Assembly (NCBI GenBank): GCA_963766075.1
Contig: CAVYAN010000097.1
Location: forward strand, 1-17,426
DNA length: 17,426 bases
Source: an uncultured cyanobacterium
Lineage (GTDB): Bacteria; Cyanobacteriota; Cyanobacteriia; Leptolyngbyales; Leptolyngbyaceae
Direction of reading: 5' to 3'
The position numbers were made by a program, and so were the translations under genes. Below the pieces are notes generated by a model. It made no database searches, had not been told where the DNA came from, and saw nothing but the letters and a program-made list of their open reading frames with translations. Below, in pieces: positions 16,486-17,426 of this stretch (position 1 is the first letter of the stretch; every line of letters starts with the position of its first letter).

Positions 16486-17426
16486 ATGGGCATTCTCATC
16501 ATTATTGGTTTGGTGACAGCTTGTGGAACGTTCCTCTGTACTCCCTTGGTGCAGAAGTTTGGGCTATATTTTGGCTGTACGGATCGCCCGGATAAACGCA
16601 AGGTGCATCAGCGCCCAATGGTCCGAATTGGTGGCGTTGGAATTTGTCTGAGTACAATTCTAGTTTTATGCGTTTTAAGCATACTTTCTCCTGATTTAAG
16701 CTCTAATTCAAAAGTCTTTTTGGGATTTTTAGCTGGCAGTAGTGGATTCTTTGTAATTGGTATTCTTTGATGGCATTTTTGATATTTCCGCCATTGCCAC
16801 GATTGATTGCCCAGATGCTGTTCTCCATACTAGCTTGGCATCTGAATATTCGGGTGGATTACTTACCGATGCCTTTTCTAGGGACGCTAAGATTTAGGAA
16901 TTCTGAGTTTACCGATTACTGTGGTGTGGATTGTTGGACTAACGAATGCCATCAACTGGATGGATGGTTGGATGGCTTGGCCGCTGGGGGCTGTGCGATC
17001 GCGGCGGCACTGTTTGTGATCGGCTGGCAATCGGGACAACTGCTTCCCACCTGTTGCGATCGCTGTTCTGGGTTTTACCCTTGGGTTTCTGCACTACAAT
17101 CGGCACCCGGCCCAACTCTTTATGGGCGATGGCGGTGCATATTTTTTGGGGTTTAGCGTGGCGGCGATTTCGGCCTTAACCTGCATGGAAAGCCCTATTT
17201 TCACGGTTGCGGCGGTGCCCTATTTAGTTTTGGCCGTGCCCATTCTGGATATGACTTGGGTGATTCTGGGTCGCCTCGGGGCTGGAATGTCCCCCTTCTA
17301 TCCCGATAAGCGCCACCTGCATCATCGCTTGCTCAATGTGGGTCTGTCCCATCCGGAGACGGTCAACTTTATTCATCGGCTGATGCTCTGGGTGGGAACT
17401 TGGGCAATGATTTTGCTGGGTATGCC
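16486..17426 (+). CDS. Glycosyltransferase family 4 (WecA/TagO/MraY-like undecaprenyl-phosphate sugar-1-phosphate transferase), multiple frameshifts, 3' partial
   Basis: DRPDKRKVHQRPMVRIGGVGI, IGIL(D), NAINWMDG/LDGLA, LHYNRHPAQLFMGDGGAYF and PDKRHLHHRLL are spread across different frames. Confidence 0.85.

Larger units (their letters stand above)
860..17063. repeat. Dispersed HIP1 octamers (GCGATCGC)
   Basis: Seen at 860, 1055, 2119, 2343, 3720, 4460, 6766, 8155, 9700, 11141, 13347, 13398, 14300, 16995 and 17056. Confidence 0.95.

Overview
Cyanobacterial DNA: at least 15 HIP1 GCGATCGC sites, petJ, a cyanoexosortase A locus and an HpsJ-family gene. The left part holds a partial DEAD-box helicase, a Tat-type ferritin-like protein, cytochrome c6, dihydropyrimidinase and a frameshifted ClC-CBS-USP transporter. 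The right part holds ldhA, a PPK2, an L,D-transpeptidase and an indel-riddled hpsJ / cyanoexosortase A / WecA-like region. The main signal is central (6412-10690). Two uncharacterised minus-strand ORFs lie there: one with archaeo-eukaryotic primase (AEP)-like motifs and one resembling a winged-helix Rep initiator with a C-terminal XRE HTH. They flank an 826-bp intergenic region containing a 23-bp-phased TCTAGA repeat array, 11 TGATYACA boxes, three perfect palindromes and an AT-rich patch. Hand counts suggest that + strand GC skew flips from C>G to G>C at about this point. Together this looks like a plasmid-type, DnaA-independent replication origin embedded among chromosome-like housekeeping genes. 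That function is an inference and has not been tested.
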